Shown here one piece after another: positions 16,335-26,046 of a stretch of 32,941 nt of DNA. Under the pieces are notes generated by a model that was given only the letters and a program-made list of their open reading frames with translations, had not been told where the DNA came from and made no database searches. Position numbers and translations under genes: made by a program. The stretch comes from a virus. The number at the start of each line of letters is the position of its first letter. The first letter of the stretch is position 1. The stretch covers positions 74,094 through 107,034 of the IMG/VR virus record IMGVR_UViG_3300037869_000009; one strand, written 5' to 3'.

Positions 16335-18123
16335 ATTCGTGAAGCTGGAAATCACCAGGATCCGACCCTTCGGAGCCCAGTTCGCTGAACTCCAGAACTA
16401 CGTGATCCAGTATGACGTCATCGGGATCGGTGATGCCGGTGCTGAACGGGGGCCACGGTCCCATGGGCTCCGTGGTACCCAGGTAATGTTCGTGCGCAAC
16501 CTTCATGTATTCGGCAAGCGTTTCTACGTAATCACGTTGCGTCACATTTAGGGCCACGGGGGCGACGATCCGAAAACTGTAGAGTCCCCGCCTGTCAGGG
16601 CCCAGCACTGCAGCGGGATCGCCATCATCACTGGCATCACTGAGTTCATCCCCGGTGATGTCATCACCTGCTTCACTGAGTTCCCAACCCGTGCCTGTAT
16701 AGGTTTCCACATCGATGTCTAACCCAGTGAAGAACTTGATCGCAGCCACCATGCCGGGCTTCGTGCCCTTCAGCTTGTAGAGTCTGACCAAAATGCGTAG
16801 CAGTCTGCGCTTATCAACCAGGTCTAGATCGAAGCGATCAAATGGGTTCCCGAGATCACCCAGCATCGCATCCACGATGCCTTCGGGGGCGACGTCCAGA
16901 TCCAGAATCTGGGACCAGTCATCGATCCCGGACAGCTGCACATTCAACACTTCCTGCAGTACCGCAAGAAACGCGCGGAGATCACCGGTGCTGTCTTCAG
17001 CCAGGTTCATTGCAGGGATGAAGTCCTGCACTAGGAAGCGCCGGCCTGCTGGAAACGTGGGCATGAACCCCGTAAACGCGATCACATTATCCGGAGCTTC
17101 GACATGCACGTTACCCACGATGTCCGTGACTCCAAACACCGTGAGCTCATACCCAGCACCGTATGACATTTCGATATCGGTACGGAGTTCCACAATGCTA
17201 GCGCTCACGGAATGAACCGTAGCGACTGTCAACGCAACTGCTGGTCTAGTGACACGATCAATCAGAAAGTTAGTGGGGTTCAGCGCATCGTCCGATGCAC
17301 TGGGATCCAACATTCGAACCGCTTCGCTGAACGTGACCCGGATTGTATGTTTGCCCGTGGCCACAGCCGTCAACGCGCGAGGTCGGACTGCATCGAAGGT
17401 CCGGAACACGTAGCTGGATGCAAACGAAATCGTGGGAACCGCAACAGCCACCACGACATCGGAATCAGTCAGCAGAAACCCGGGTCCCGTGAGCTGGACC
17501 CCTAACGTACTGCTGTGCGGAACGGTAGTCGCAATGATCCAGCCGTTGACTGCGGTCCCGGCCTGAACCGCAGCGACTCCGTTGATCAATACATTCAGCG
17601 CAGCTGGGAGCGCAGCCGCATCAGCAGCCGTGGTCCGGAAGATTTCAAACCCAATCGTGGAATCCAGCGGGACCGCGGATTCACCGGGTTCCGGGACTCT
17701 GTTGATCAGTACGGTTTCGCTGCTGGCATCGGTACCGGCATGGACCCCCGTAGGGAATGCGAACGCCGCAGTTGCAGAGCTGGGCTGCAGCGGTTCAGCG
17801 ACGATTTGAACCGTGCCCGTAGTACCCCAGGTGTCCGAGCTGATGCAGACCTTGGCGCCCTGCGCAGACGCCGTGGCTCCCACCAGAAACGCATTCAGGA
17901 CCGTGACCAGTTCGTTGACCGGAACTGCGCCCAAGTCATCGAAATCCACCGCGTTGAAGGTGATGGTTTGGGTGCTGCCCCCGTCCACCTTCAACTGCAG
18001 CGTGCCGGTATCAGTGATCGCGAATGGGGCACTGTTTGCGGACAGCACGGTCCCCGCTGTGGCGTCGCTGAAGTCTTCAGCAACGGCATCCACCAGCACG
18101 CTGGGGAGCTGGACAAGTGCCAT
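16333..18123 (-). CDS. Baseplate wedge protein with Ig-like N-terminal domains and a P2 gpI-like C-terminal domain
   Basis: DLRAFLAVLQE...DLDVAPEGIVDAMLGDLG...KRRLLRILVRLYKLKGTKPGMVAAIKFFTG. ATG 18123 overlaps the upstream TGA. Confidence 0.82.
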   Translation of the reverse strand: MALVQLPSVLVDAVAEDFSDATAGTVLSANSAPFAITDTGTLQLKVDGGSTQTITFNAVDFDDLGAVPVNELVTVLNAFLVGATASAQGAKVCISSDTWGTTGTVQIVAEPLQPSSATAAFAFPTGVHAGTDASSETVLINRVPEPGESAVPLDSTIGFEIFRTTAADAAALPAALNVLINGVAAVQAGTAVNGWIIATTVPHSSTLGVQLTGPGFLLTDSDVVVAVAVPTISFASSYVFRTFDAVRPRALTAVATGKHTIRVTFSEAVRMLDPSASDDALNPTNFLIDRVTRPAVALTVATVHSVSASIVELRTDIEMSYGAGYELTVFGVTDIVGNVHVEAPDNVIAFTGFMPTFPAGRRFLVQDFIPAMNLAEDSTGDLRAFLAVLQEVLNVQLSGIDDWSQILDLDVAPEGIVDAMLGDLGNPFDRFDLDLVDKRRLLRILVRLYKLKGTKPGMVAAIKFFTGLDIDVETYTGTGWELSEAGDDITGDELSDASDDGDPAAVLGPDRRGLYSFRIVAPVALNVTQRDYVETLAEYMKVAHEHYLGTTEPMGPWPPFSTGITDPDDVILDHVVLEFSELGSEGSDPGDFQLHE

Positions 18124-18503
18124 CAATCCAACCCCAGGCGCAGCACCAACACGTTTGAACCCGGGGCCCCCGACAGCCGGACCGCTACGTCATTCAGCAC
18201 CACGACACGGCCAGCCACGTCCAAGTCGCGGTTGTAGTGCAGAACTCCATTCAAGCGAACTTGGAAGGACCACATCAGTCCCGCTGGCAGAACGGGGGCC
18301 GCTTCGAGTCTGACCCGCATTCGGATCAACTTGGCCTGTGGTGGCAGCGTGAAGGTTTGCGACAACTCGTGGCGATCGCCAGCCGCGAGATTCATATCGG
18401 CATGGAGTGCGTGCCCCATCTCATAGGCATAGTCACCTAAGAGCCGCGTTGAAGCGATGCGCTGCTGATGCACACCGCGATGCAGTTCGAACGGAGATGA
18501 CAT
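18123..18503 (-). CDS. Hypothetical virion-associated protein (126 aa)
   Basis: TGATG coupling at both ends within the baseplate operon. Confidence 0.75.
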   Translation of the reverse strand: MSSPFELHRGVHQQRIASTRLLGDYAYEMGHALHADMNLAAGDRHELSQTFTLPPQAKLIRMRVRLEAAPVLPAGLMWSFQVRLNGVLHYNRDLDVAGRVVVLNDVAVRLSGAPGSNVLVLRLGLD

Positions 18504-19231
18504 CAGATTTGCCGAAGCACTTCGATGTGATCGAAGAACGCTCTACGTGTCACGTCGCTAACCCAGAATCCGAAGCCAGCGCGGCCCTGTAAATGGGGCG
18601 CCGTGCCCGTGTTGATTGCCAGCGCATCGTCTACGAACCCAGTGATCGCAGGTGACAGCGGACCTTCCATTCCCGGGATCGCAACCCATGTGGGTCCACC
18701 AACGGATCCCAGGTTGCGGAAGCACTGCAAAATCACATCTCCATTTCCTTGAACGATCATGTCAAGGCGGAGGTGGTGCCACACGTCCACATCGTAGCTC
18801 GCTGTGCTTCGCAACAAGATCCCGTTGACGCCATCGGGATCAACGCCTGTATCCGGAATACCTGCGTTCAAAGCACCTTTGCGTAACACGATGTGGTTGG
18901 GGTCCCCGTCGCTGAGTCCCAGCATATAAGCGGGATCTTGGACCGTGGGCGGAGCGCCTGGAAGTCCGATGAAAATGAAGGGGGCGAAGCCGTTCAAGCC
19001 ACCACCTAAGCCACGCTTCATCGCGGCCCGGATGGAACCACCCTTCACCATAGGAGCAAAGTTCGCTTGGGTGTTGGACAGCGCCACGACCCCATTTCCA
19101 AGATCCAGACTATTGAAACCGTAGACGAAATTCCCGCCCCCAGTGGGTGGCGCAATGCCTGCGGTGACACCTCGATCCACAACCCCGGTGCCCAGACTTC
19201 CGCCTAACGTGACCCAGTCTAGTTGCGCCAT
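18503..19231 (-). CDS. Putative virion protein, beta-rich (lectin-like) fold
   Basis: 242 aa, Gly-rich, WHHLRLD and GRAGFGF...FFDHIEV pattern; AAGGT SD upstream. Confidence 0.75.
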   Translation of the reverse strand: MAQLDWVTLGGSLGTGVVDRGVTAGIAPPTGGGNFVYGFNSLDLGNGVVALSNTQANFAPMVKGGSIRAAMKRGLGGGLNGFAPFIFIGLPGAPPTVQDPAYMLGLSDGDPNHIVLRKGALNAGIPDTGVDPDGVNGILLRSTASYDVDVWHHLRLDMIVQGNGDVILQCFRNLGSVGGPTWVAIPGMEGPLSPAITGFVDDALAINTGTAPHLQGRAGFGFWVSDVTRRAFFDHIEVLRQI

Positions 19232-19258
19232 GCCCGGTTACCTTTCCCGGGTTCCAGA

Positions 19259-20134
19259 TTACACGGTGCTAAGCAGTGCGGACCACCACTGGGCCGGGTC
19301 CCGGTGAATGTAGCGGTTGCCGCTGCCTGCACTGCTGAAACCGATGGCACTACCGACCACAGTAGTGCTGAGCAGGAACCGATATACACCACCGGTTAGG
19401 TCAATGCTTCCAACGCTATAATACGTGGCGGTTGTACTAAGGGGGGACGGCAACGCGCCATCTGCATCAGCACTGAATCTGAAACCCTCCCCTATGTCGG
19501 GAGCGAGCGCGGTCACAACCTCCACCTTGTCTGTGGCCACATTGACCGTGAAAAGTTCGGGCGCCCTGACTTCTTCGAAGTCTTCCACGTCTGCATTGGT
19601 ATCGAAAACCGCGGCTGTCAACGTGGGTACCACGGGATACGCATCGTTGCCCCACCCTTCTCCAAAGTCTTCAAAAGATTGGGGGACAGCATCAAACATC
19701 GCAGTCACGATCAGGATCCCGGTAGGTAGGACCAAATCGATTTCGCCCCAGCCTTCTTCAAAATCTTCGAGCGCTTCAGGGGAACTCAGTGGCGGCGCGG
19801 CATCGAAGCTTGCGCTTTCGACACCGGGCAGCGTGGCGATCAACGTCAGAACCGGTGCATGCCAACCACGTTCGAACCCTTCGATCGGTGATTGCACATC
19901 ACCTGCGTTGAACACCGGGGTTTCGAGATCGATCGTATTGCCCTCAAAAACAGCAATCAGGGACTGAGGATCCGGAGCCCAGCCCCCTTCAAAACTTTCT
20001 TGACACGTTGTGGGGTCTGCTGCGTTCTGGTCAAAGTCCGCAACTTCTTCAAGCGAACTGACGAAGCTTGCGGTCCAGCCCGCGGGAACAGCGGCTGTGG
20101 ACCCCGCTTCTTCGAAGCCCCCGTTTTGAATCAC
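19259..20134 (-). CDS. Acidic virion-associated protein with repeated E-x-F-E-x-G-W motifs
   Basis: GTGA overlap with the gpJ stop. Starts IQNGGFE; repeats are QESFEGGW, IEGFERGW, LEDFEEGW, FEDFGEGW and VEDFEE. Confidence 0.75.
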   Translation of the reverse strand: MIQNGGFEEAGSTAAVPAGWTASFVSSLEEVADFDQNAADPTTCQESFEGGWAPDPQSLIAVFEGNTIDLETPVFNAGDVQSPIEGFERGWHAPVLTLIATLPGVESASFDAAPPLSSPEALEDFEEGWGEIDLVLPTGILIVTAMFDAVPQSFEDFGEGWGNDAYPVVPTLTAAVFDTNADVEDFEEVRAPELFTVNVATDKVEVVTALAPDIGEGFRFSADADGALPSPLSTTATYYSVGSIDLTGGVYRFLLSTTVVGSAIGFSSAGSGNRYIHRDPAQWWSALLSTV

Positions 20135-21642
20135 AGCAGGGCCCCACTGAACCCGTTCACGATCGTGACGGTACCCAGTATCGGAAACTCGTGCGGTTCG
20201 ATTTCAACGTCTTCAGCTTCGCCATTCAGCGTGAAGTCCGAGGTGTGGTCCCCGATGCGCCGCACCGCAGCAACATCACGAACCACGTTATAGATGTCGC
20301 TGAACGCCACTAACCCATCGGTGCGTAACCCAAAGTCCGTCGTGAGGTTCGGGGCGCCATCGGGTAGTTCCAGCGCAAAGAAGCTTTGCAGCGCGGTCCG
20401 GATCGATGCTGCCATGCTGACCAGCTGCGCCGCTGTACTGCTAACACCGGTGCGTGGAAACACCTTCGCAAATATGTTGATGGTCCGGTAATCGGGACCC
20501 ACCACGCTGGGGCTGAAGGTCAAGGTATGCGGGAACTTGTCGGCATTTGTGATCTGGTCCAGCACTGCAGCCTTCAGGGTTTCGCTGGGCTGCCCTCCAC
20601 CACCGGGCACGATCACGAGCTGGCCCGTGTTCTCTTCAATCGCGGGCCGCTGATTCGTGGTCAGCATCAGGGCACGCGCAACACCGGCCACCTTCAATGC
20701 GTGAATCTCGAAATCTTCGCGGCCCACGCTACGGGTCAACGCCCGTAGCGATCGCGGGCCCGCGCTCCGTATTGCCTCCACGGTTTGGCGTGCCAGGCCC
20801 CCAGTGGCCCTGGCGCCGTTCGTGACCGTGACCTGAACCGGGTTTCCAAAACTGTCGGTGTAAATCTTTTCAACGCGTCGAATGGTCCCAGGTTCAACGT
20901 TCCCTTCGACACCACCACCGGTTTTGTAGGCGCAGTTGATCGTGCCCTGTGGAATGGACCCCGCGATACCGTTTCCGAAGCGCAGCGTGGCGCGATCATT
21001 GGCATCGACCTGGACCGTGACGTGGCGATCCGTAGCGGTGCTATCCAGGAAATCTTCGACCACGGCATAGGCGCCGTCCGCTGCGCTGACCACCAGGCTG
21101 CCATCCAGGAAGGGCCGATCATTCAATCGGATCTCTTGGTTTGGAAGCGCGCTACTTTGAAACGGTTCGCTGCTATTGGTGCTGTGCTCCACATCGAACA
21201 GCACCGCTACGGGATCCGCACCCGCAGGAATGACCGTGGTTTGCAGAGCCTGAAACGTAACGGGGTCCGTGACCCGCTGTGTTCTGAAGCGGTCCCCGGC
21301 CAGAATCGTAACGGTGCCTGCGGGTGGTCCTGCCAACGTGAAGGTCAGTTCCGTGGTCGCAGCAACTTGGCCAATGGGTTTGTACCCAATCAGCTTCACG
21401 GCCTGCAGCATGCTGCGGCGTAGCCGGGCCGTGGTGATGCGGGACTCTTTGGCCTGGTTATCCTGGTAGAACGCCAGCACGTCACCCACGAACGCGAAGC
21501 ATTCGATCAAGATATTGCCGAACGTGGCTGCTTCTTTGTCGGTCCAGTCCGGGAAGACTGAATCGATCAGGTTATGCAATCTGGCCCGCAGCGAATCGAA
21601 ATCCTTATCGCTGTAGTCCAGCCCAGTCTGCAGCAGCGCCAT
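20131..21642 (-). CDS. Baseplate J/gp47 (T4 gp6-like) wedge protein
   Basis: DYSDKDFDSLR...FPDWTD...GNILIECFAFVGDVLAFYQD, LRFGNGIAGSIP, GGGVEGNV and RSVGREDFE. Start moved to ATG 21642. Confidence 0.92.
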   Translation of the reverse strand: MALLQTGLDYSDKDFDSLRARLHNLIDSVFPDWTDKEAATFGNILIECFAFVGDVLAFYQDNQAKESRITTARLRRSMLQAVKLIGYKPIGQVAATTELTFTLAGPPAGTVTILAGDRFRTQRVTDPVTFQALQTTVIPAGADPVAVLFDVEHSTNSSEPFQSSALPNQEIRLNDRPFLDGSLVVSAADGAYAVVEDFLDSTATDRHVTVQVDANDRATLRFGNGIAGSIPQGTINCAYKTGGGVEGNVEPGTIRRVEKIYTDSFGNPVQVTVTNGARATGGLARQTVEAIRSAGPRSLRALTRSVGREDFEIHALKVAGVARALMLTTNQRPAIEENTGQLVIVPGGGGQPSETLKAAVLDQITNADKFPHTLTFSPSVVGPDYRTINIFAKVFPRTGVSSTAAQLVSMAASIRTALQSFFALELPDGAPNLTTDFGLRTDGLVAFSDIYNVVRDVAAVRRIGDHTSDFTLNGEAEDVEIEPHEFPILGTVTIVNGFSGALL

Positions 21643-21652
21643 GCCAGCGATG

Positions 21653-22159
21653 CTAGCCGAGTGCGATCTCAGTCTCCAAGCCCGTGACCACCAGGCGTTC
21701 ACTGCCTTCGGACTGCAGATCCCAACTGATGCGCATCACGATTGCAGTATCCATGTCGGTTTGCTCCAACTCCATGTCCGTGATGCGGACCCGGGGCACC
21801 CAGCGCTGAATGGCCATTGCGATGAAGGCCCGGGCTTCTTCGATCAACACGGGGTCCGCGTTCTGGAGTCGAAGCAAATGCAGCAAGGACCCGAACTCCG
21901 TACGCCATGGGAGTTCACCCCCAGTAACTTCGGAACTGCAGATCGTACCCAGCACTTGACCCAACTGTGACGCCACCAGCTCCGCCCCGGTGCCCGATGC
22001 AAAATCCCGCTTCTGGTCCCTCCTGAAGGGGCGCAGCAGGCCCCTTCCGGTGATGCCTGCGGTATCGATGCTGCGGCCCGTCTCTGCCCTGGTAACCACC
22101 GTGATGGGTACCACAGGGGTCACGGGGTCCGTGAGTATGGGCCATCCCGGAGAAGTCAC
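21653..22159 (-). CDS. GPW/gp25 baseplate (sheath initiator) protein
   Basis: GELPWRTEFGSLLH and AIQRWVPRVRI motifs; located upstream of gpJ. Confidence 0.88.
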   Translation of the reverse strand: MTSPGWPILTDPVTPVVPITVVTRAETGRSIDTAGITGRGLLRPFRRDQKRDFASGTGAELVASQLGQVLGTICSSEVTGGELPWRTEFGSLLHLLRLQNADPVLIEEARAFIAMAIQRWVPRVRITDMELEQTDMDTAIVMRISWDLQSEGSERLVVTGLETEIALG

Positions 22160-22581
22160 GTAAAGACCACCTGTGCACGGGTCACGTTGGCATCGGCATC
22201 AACCGCAATGACATCGACTCGCAACGGAGTCAGCACCCAGCCACCGACTCTTCGAATCACGAAATGAAAACCACAGTTGATTGCCGTTTGTGATGAACCA
22301 GCGAGATAGCGGGCCTGGAACTTTTGCGAATCGAACACACATTCCGCGGTGCCATCCGCGAACACCGCCACTACAAAGATGGCTGCGAACTGACCCACGT
22401 CATCGATAGCGTCAAAACTGATGTGTTGAAGACGAGCAATCGCGATGCCTGGAGACGGCGCAAAGTTCGAAATCACCGGGGATGCCGATGGCATTCCGAA
22501 CTGTTGGACGCCCCCAGCCGGCATTGTCCCGCATTGGCCAACACCGACCCCGACAACCCATCCAACTGCAACACACGCCAT
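22156..22581 (-). CDS. Hypothetical tail-associated protein (Ig-like)
   Basis: SPVISNFAPSPG... beta-rich sequence; GTGA overlap with gp25. Confidence 0.65.
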   Translation of the reverse strand: MACVAVGWVVGVGVGQCGTMPAGGVQQFGMPSASPVISNFAPSPGIAIARLQHISFDAIDDVGQFAAIFVVAVFADGTAECVFDSQKFQARYLAGSSQTAINCGFHFVIRRVGGWVLTPLRVDVIAVDADANVTRAQVVFT

Positions 22582-22584
22582 GGG

Positions 22585-23034
22585 TTATCCCACTTCACCG
22601 AATCGAAGATTCAACAAACGCCAAACCGAACCATCCCACTTCCAATGCGCATAGAAGCCCGGATTCGATACCGTCATGTCAGCACTTGAGACTACGGAAG
22701 CATTGACGATGTTCTGGCCGTTGCCATCGAAAATAACATCTTCGGATGCCCCAGCTCCGCCTGTATTCGCGACTTCGATTTCATCGCCCAACACCGGGGA
22801 CTCCGGAAACGACAACGTCATGGCTACGTTTCCGTCATAGCGATTCAATACACCCGTCTGTAGATCGCCAGTTGCCGTGATCAAAGCAGACCACGACTTT
22901 GCCCCCGATGACGTCACCACGTCCCCATTGGAACGCTTCACAGTCACGGCACCGCTTGTGTTTACAATCAGGGCGGAATGCCCCTCCATAGGGGCTTCAA
23001 CGTCACTCGGATCGCGTTCTTTGGTAATCAGCAT
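22585..23034 (-). CDS. Hypothetical tail-fibre-associated protein
   Basis: MTLSFPESPVLGDEI...FDGNGQNI...WDGSVW pattern resembling phage fibre repeats. Confidence 0.7.
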   Translation of the reverse strand: MLITKERDPSDVEAPMEGHSALIVNTSGAVTVKRSNGDVVTSSGAKSWSALITATGDLQTGVLNRYDGNVAMTLSFPESPVLGDEIEVANTGGAGASEDVIFDGNGQNIVNASVVSSADMTVSNPGFYAHWKWDGSVWRLLNLRFGEVG

Positions 23035-23097
23035 GAGCCAAAGGTTAGCGCTGCAGTAGTGACAAGTGCCAGAGCAGCCGGCCCAGGAACGCCCGTT

Positions 23098-23208
23098 TCA
23101 CGGCCAGGGAGACGACTGGCAAAACCCGGTGAAAATCGCGCCCAACAACCCGGTAATCACAATTATCCATTCCAGAACTTCAACGCCACGGTTCCATTTT
23201 TTGCCCAC
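23098..23208 (-). CDS. Small single-TM peptide (36 aa), below the ORF-track cutoff
   Basis: GTG start with an AAGGT SD 8 nt upstream; MGKKWNRGVEVLEWIIVITGLLGAIFTGFCQSSPWP; fills an otherwise empty gap. Confidence 0.4.
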   Translation of the reverse strand: MGKKWNRGVEVLEWIIVITGLLGAIFTGFCQSSPWP

Positions 23209-23240
23209 ACGCAGCGACCTTCGATTCTCAAACGACGTTC

Positions 23241-24836
23241 TCACAGATAGTTCGCCATCTCCGCGCGAAGAACAGCTAGGTCAGGGGCACTCAACAGTTG
23301 ATCCCATATTGCGTAGGCAGAGATATGGCCATTTATAGAATCATTACCATTGTACAGGTTCCCCAAAACCAGATGCGCACCTGCTGCGATGATGTTTAGC
23401 GTTGATGTGCCACTTACCACAGTGTATTGCGCGAGATCTACGCCGTTCTCTTCCACTGTCCATGTGGAAATCTGAGAACCCGCTGCGATCTTGATGATCA
23501 CTGCGTGCTTCACGTTGAAGCTACCGTTGTATTCGAACGTACGATATCCGGTCCGATTTCCAACGAAAAACTCCCGACCGCCTGCAGTGGAATCACGTTC
23601 TGCATCAATGAGTAAAGTCTGCCCTGCTACACCGTTGCCGAACTCAAACAAACGGTCTTCACCACTTACGATGTCAAAAGCAATTGCGATCGTGAATCCT
23701 GGATTGCCTGCGGTACCAAACGCGTTCGCTGTGGACAGGGCGTGAACACCTGCGGACACCGGGTAATACATCGCCGTGACTCCGCCGGACTCCGCATCGA
23801 CGGAACTGCCATTGTAGATACGGGGCTGCTCTCCCGCGGTTGAGTTTCCGACATCCACACCGCGTGTGCCTTGATCGTAGACCCAGCGAATATTTCCGGT
23901 TGTGCCTGCGCAGTGCGTACCGATCGCCGACGTGTTGGTGTTGTTCGAGGAAAAGCCGACATCGGCCAACGCGTTGTCTGCCCTGCGCACCGCAAACGCA
24001 CGACTCGCGGCGCTGCGCCACTTCCGATACAAACTGTAGGCGCACAACGGAGCTGGCGCGATCTGATCAAGAGCAAGCGTGCCTTGCGGCATGATCGCGT
24101 ATCGACTACGGATGTAATCACGCAGCTGTGAGCGCTGCGTTGTGGTCGGCAGAAAGTTGCAGAAACCGTACTCATGAATGTCAAACGCGCCGTTGTTGGA
24201 TTCGCTCGGCACGTATGCGCCAAGGGCCATTCCTGTAATGCCGGGTGGCGCTGCAGTAAACAGACCGTTATACGACCATCCATCGACGCAATAGCGCGCT
24301 ATACCACTCGTTTCAAAACTGGCTTCAAAGAGATGCACATTCGTGTCACGTGGGGGTCCGCTAACGATATCTGCTCCATCCGTACTTGCGACAAGTGCCG
24401 TAAAATTTGTAGCGGTCATTCGACACGTGGCGAGTATGCCACCTAAACCATTGTACGCAGTGCCAGCGTAGACGACTCCACCGGGTAGACTTGTCGCCTT
24501 CGCTACCATCCAACTAAAGGAGCGCGCGGCGGAACCGCCAGCAAGTAGGACACCATCAAGCAAATCGTCAACACCGTCAAAACGCACAGCATTCAGGCCG
24601 TTGATCGACGCTACAAGCGTTGGGCGCTTGCCAGACGTTGCCTGCGTGAGTGTGACTTCGGTTCCAGCCAGACCCGGCATCGCGCTGACCACGCCCCCTG
24701 CCTGCGTCACCACATCGGAGCGCACCCAGCAGCGCAGTCCCGCCACGCCTGGGCTACCAACGCCAAAAATCTGATCTGGTGTCAGCGTGAGCGATGGCGC
24801 TTTGTGCGCATGTCGCGGTCTGCCTGAATAAGTCAT
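23241..24836 (-). CDS. Receptor-binding/tail appendage protein with two ConA/LamG-like domains; the second resembles the arabinofuranosidase-B catalytic-like domain
   Basis: Domain 1: LRCWVRSD...TQAT..KRPT...INGLNAVRFDGVDD. Domain 2: AYSLYRKW...FAVRRADNALADVGF...WVYDQG...QPRI. Confidence 0.72.
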   Translation of the reverse strand: MTYSGRPRHAHKAPSLTLTPDQIFGVGSPGVAGLRCWVRSDVVTQAGGVVSAMPGLAGTEVTLTQATSGKRPTLVASINGLNAVRFDGVDDLLDGVLLAGGSAARSFSWMVAKATSLPGGVVYAGTAYNGLGGILATCRMTATNFTALVASTDGADIVSGPPRDTNVHLFEASFETSGIARYCVDGWSYNGLFTAAPPGITGMALGAYVPSESNNGAFDIHEYGFCNFLPTTTQRSQLRDYIRSRYAIMPQGTLALDQIAPAPLCAYSLYRKWRSAASRAFAVRRADNALADVGFSSNNTNTSAIGTHCAGTTGNIRWVYDQGTRGVDVGNSTAGEQPRIYNGSSVDAESGGVTAMYYPVSAGVHALSTANAFGTAGNPGFTIAIAFDIVSGEDRLFEFGNGVAGQTLLIDAERDSTAGGREFFVGNRTGYRTFEYNGSFNVKHAVIIKIAAGSQISTWTVEENGVDLAQYTVVSGTSTLNIIAAGAHLVLGNLYNGNDSINGHISAYAIWDQLLSAPDLAVLRAEMANYL

Positions 24837-24854
24837 AGGGCAACATCTCCGGGA

Positions 24855-26012
24855 TTACGTCAGCGAAAACCGTTCGATAACGACAAATGCTGTTCCCGCG
24901 ATGGTTTTGAAATCGTAGCTGTACCCGGTTACGGAGTTCGCTGCTGCCTGCGGATTGCTATCTGTACTACCTAGTTCACGTAAAACGGTGCGGCCCGCAA
25001 CGCTGAAACTGAGAGTCCGTGAACCAGTTGCATCCTGCTTTACGTAAATAGTCCCCTGACAACCATCAACACCATTGGTCAGGGTGATCGTGGAGTTACC
25101 AGTCAGTGTGTTTGTAGGAACGAAATCATTTCGCGTGGAGAGATCAAGCGTTGCTGCATTGCCGGAAAATGCGAACGTCTGAGGAACAGCTTGGATCAAC
25201 GCAACAAGTGCTGCTGAAGGTCCCGCTGGACCAACTGCCCCAGTGGCACCAGTTGAACCCGTAGCACCAGTGGGACCAGTTGGACCTGTTGCGCCGGCTG
25301 GCCCCGTTGCACCTGTCGGACCTGTTGCACCAGTGGGACCAGTTGGACCCGTTGCCCCGATTGGACCCTGGGGCCCAATGGTCAAACCGATCTCAAAAAA
25401 GTCTCCCTGGAAGTCGCCCCGTAGCGCTCCAAAAAACAGCATCTGCTGCCCATCGGGACATCGTGCAATTTCTCCATCGGGAACCACGACCTGGCTGTAG
25501 TTCCCAAGTTCAATCGCAGCAGTCATATCCAACAAGGCACGCTGCCACCCATCAATGGAAACCGATCCATCGGGAGTAACATTGCGGTCCGTGTTCACAA
25601 GGGCTGCATTGAACGCAGACCCTTCCAACAAGTGACTTGCTTCGGCACTTCCAGCTTCCTGCAGCGCCGGGGCAACAAGCCCGTGACGGTACCCAGGAAT
25701 CCCAAAGATTCGGTGTTGCCTTGATTCGGTCCCTAACCCGAGATCAGTTACGAGTTCGATGCGATAGGGACCCCGGACACCGGCCTTCGGGGTGAAAGTC
25801 CATATCGGTGTATTGCCACTGCCTACAGGAACCAACGAATCAGACGCTTCATCATCGTCCGGGGGTACGTAAAGCAATCGGAACGCATTCGTAGTCCCCG
25901 GGTTCGTACTGGTCAACGTAACTAAGGACCCGTCTGCTTTACCATCCAATCGGGCCCGTCCAGCAACGCCAGCGGGTAGGCCCGCTTGATCGATCGTCAT
26001 TTGCGCTGCCAC
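24855..26012 (-). CDS. Collagen-like tail fibre protein
   Basis: 18 consecutive Gly-X-Y triplets followed by a C-terminal head ([11 protein letters not shown]...[13 protein letters not shown]). Start moved to GTG 26012, which follows a GGAGG SD. Confidence 0.85.
   Translation of the reverse strand: MAAQMTIDQAGLPAGVAGRARLDGKADGSLVTLTSTNPGTTNAFRLLYVPPDDDEASDSLVPVGSGNTPIWTFTPKAGVRGPYRIELVTDLGLGTESRQHRIFGIPGYRHGLVAPALQEAGSAEASHLLEGSAFNAALVNTDRNVTPDGSVSIDGWQRALLDMTAAIELGNYSQVVVPDGEIARCPDGQQMLFFGALRGDFQGDFFEIGLTIGPQGPIGATGPTGPTGATGPTGATGPAGATGPTGPTGATGSTGATGAVGPAGPSAALVALIQAVPQTFAFSGNAATLDLSTRNDFVPTNTLTGNSTITLTNGVDGCQGTIYVKQDATGSRTLSFSVAGRTVLRELGSTDSNPQAAANSVTGYSYDFKTIAGTAFVVIERFSLT
25215..25376 (-). 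repeat. Collagen (Gly-X-Y)18 coding repeat
   Basis: [54 protein letters not shown]. Confidence 0.95.
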
Positions 26013-26046
26013 TGTAATCCTCCGAAGGTCGCGGACCCTGGTCAGT

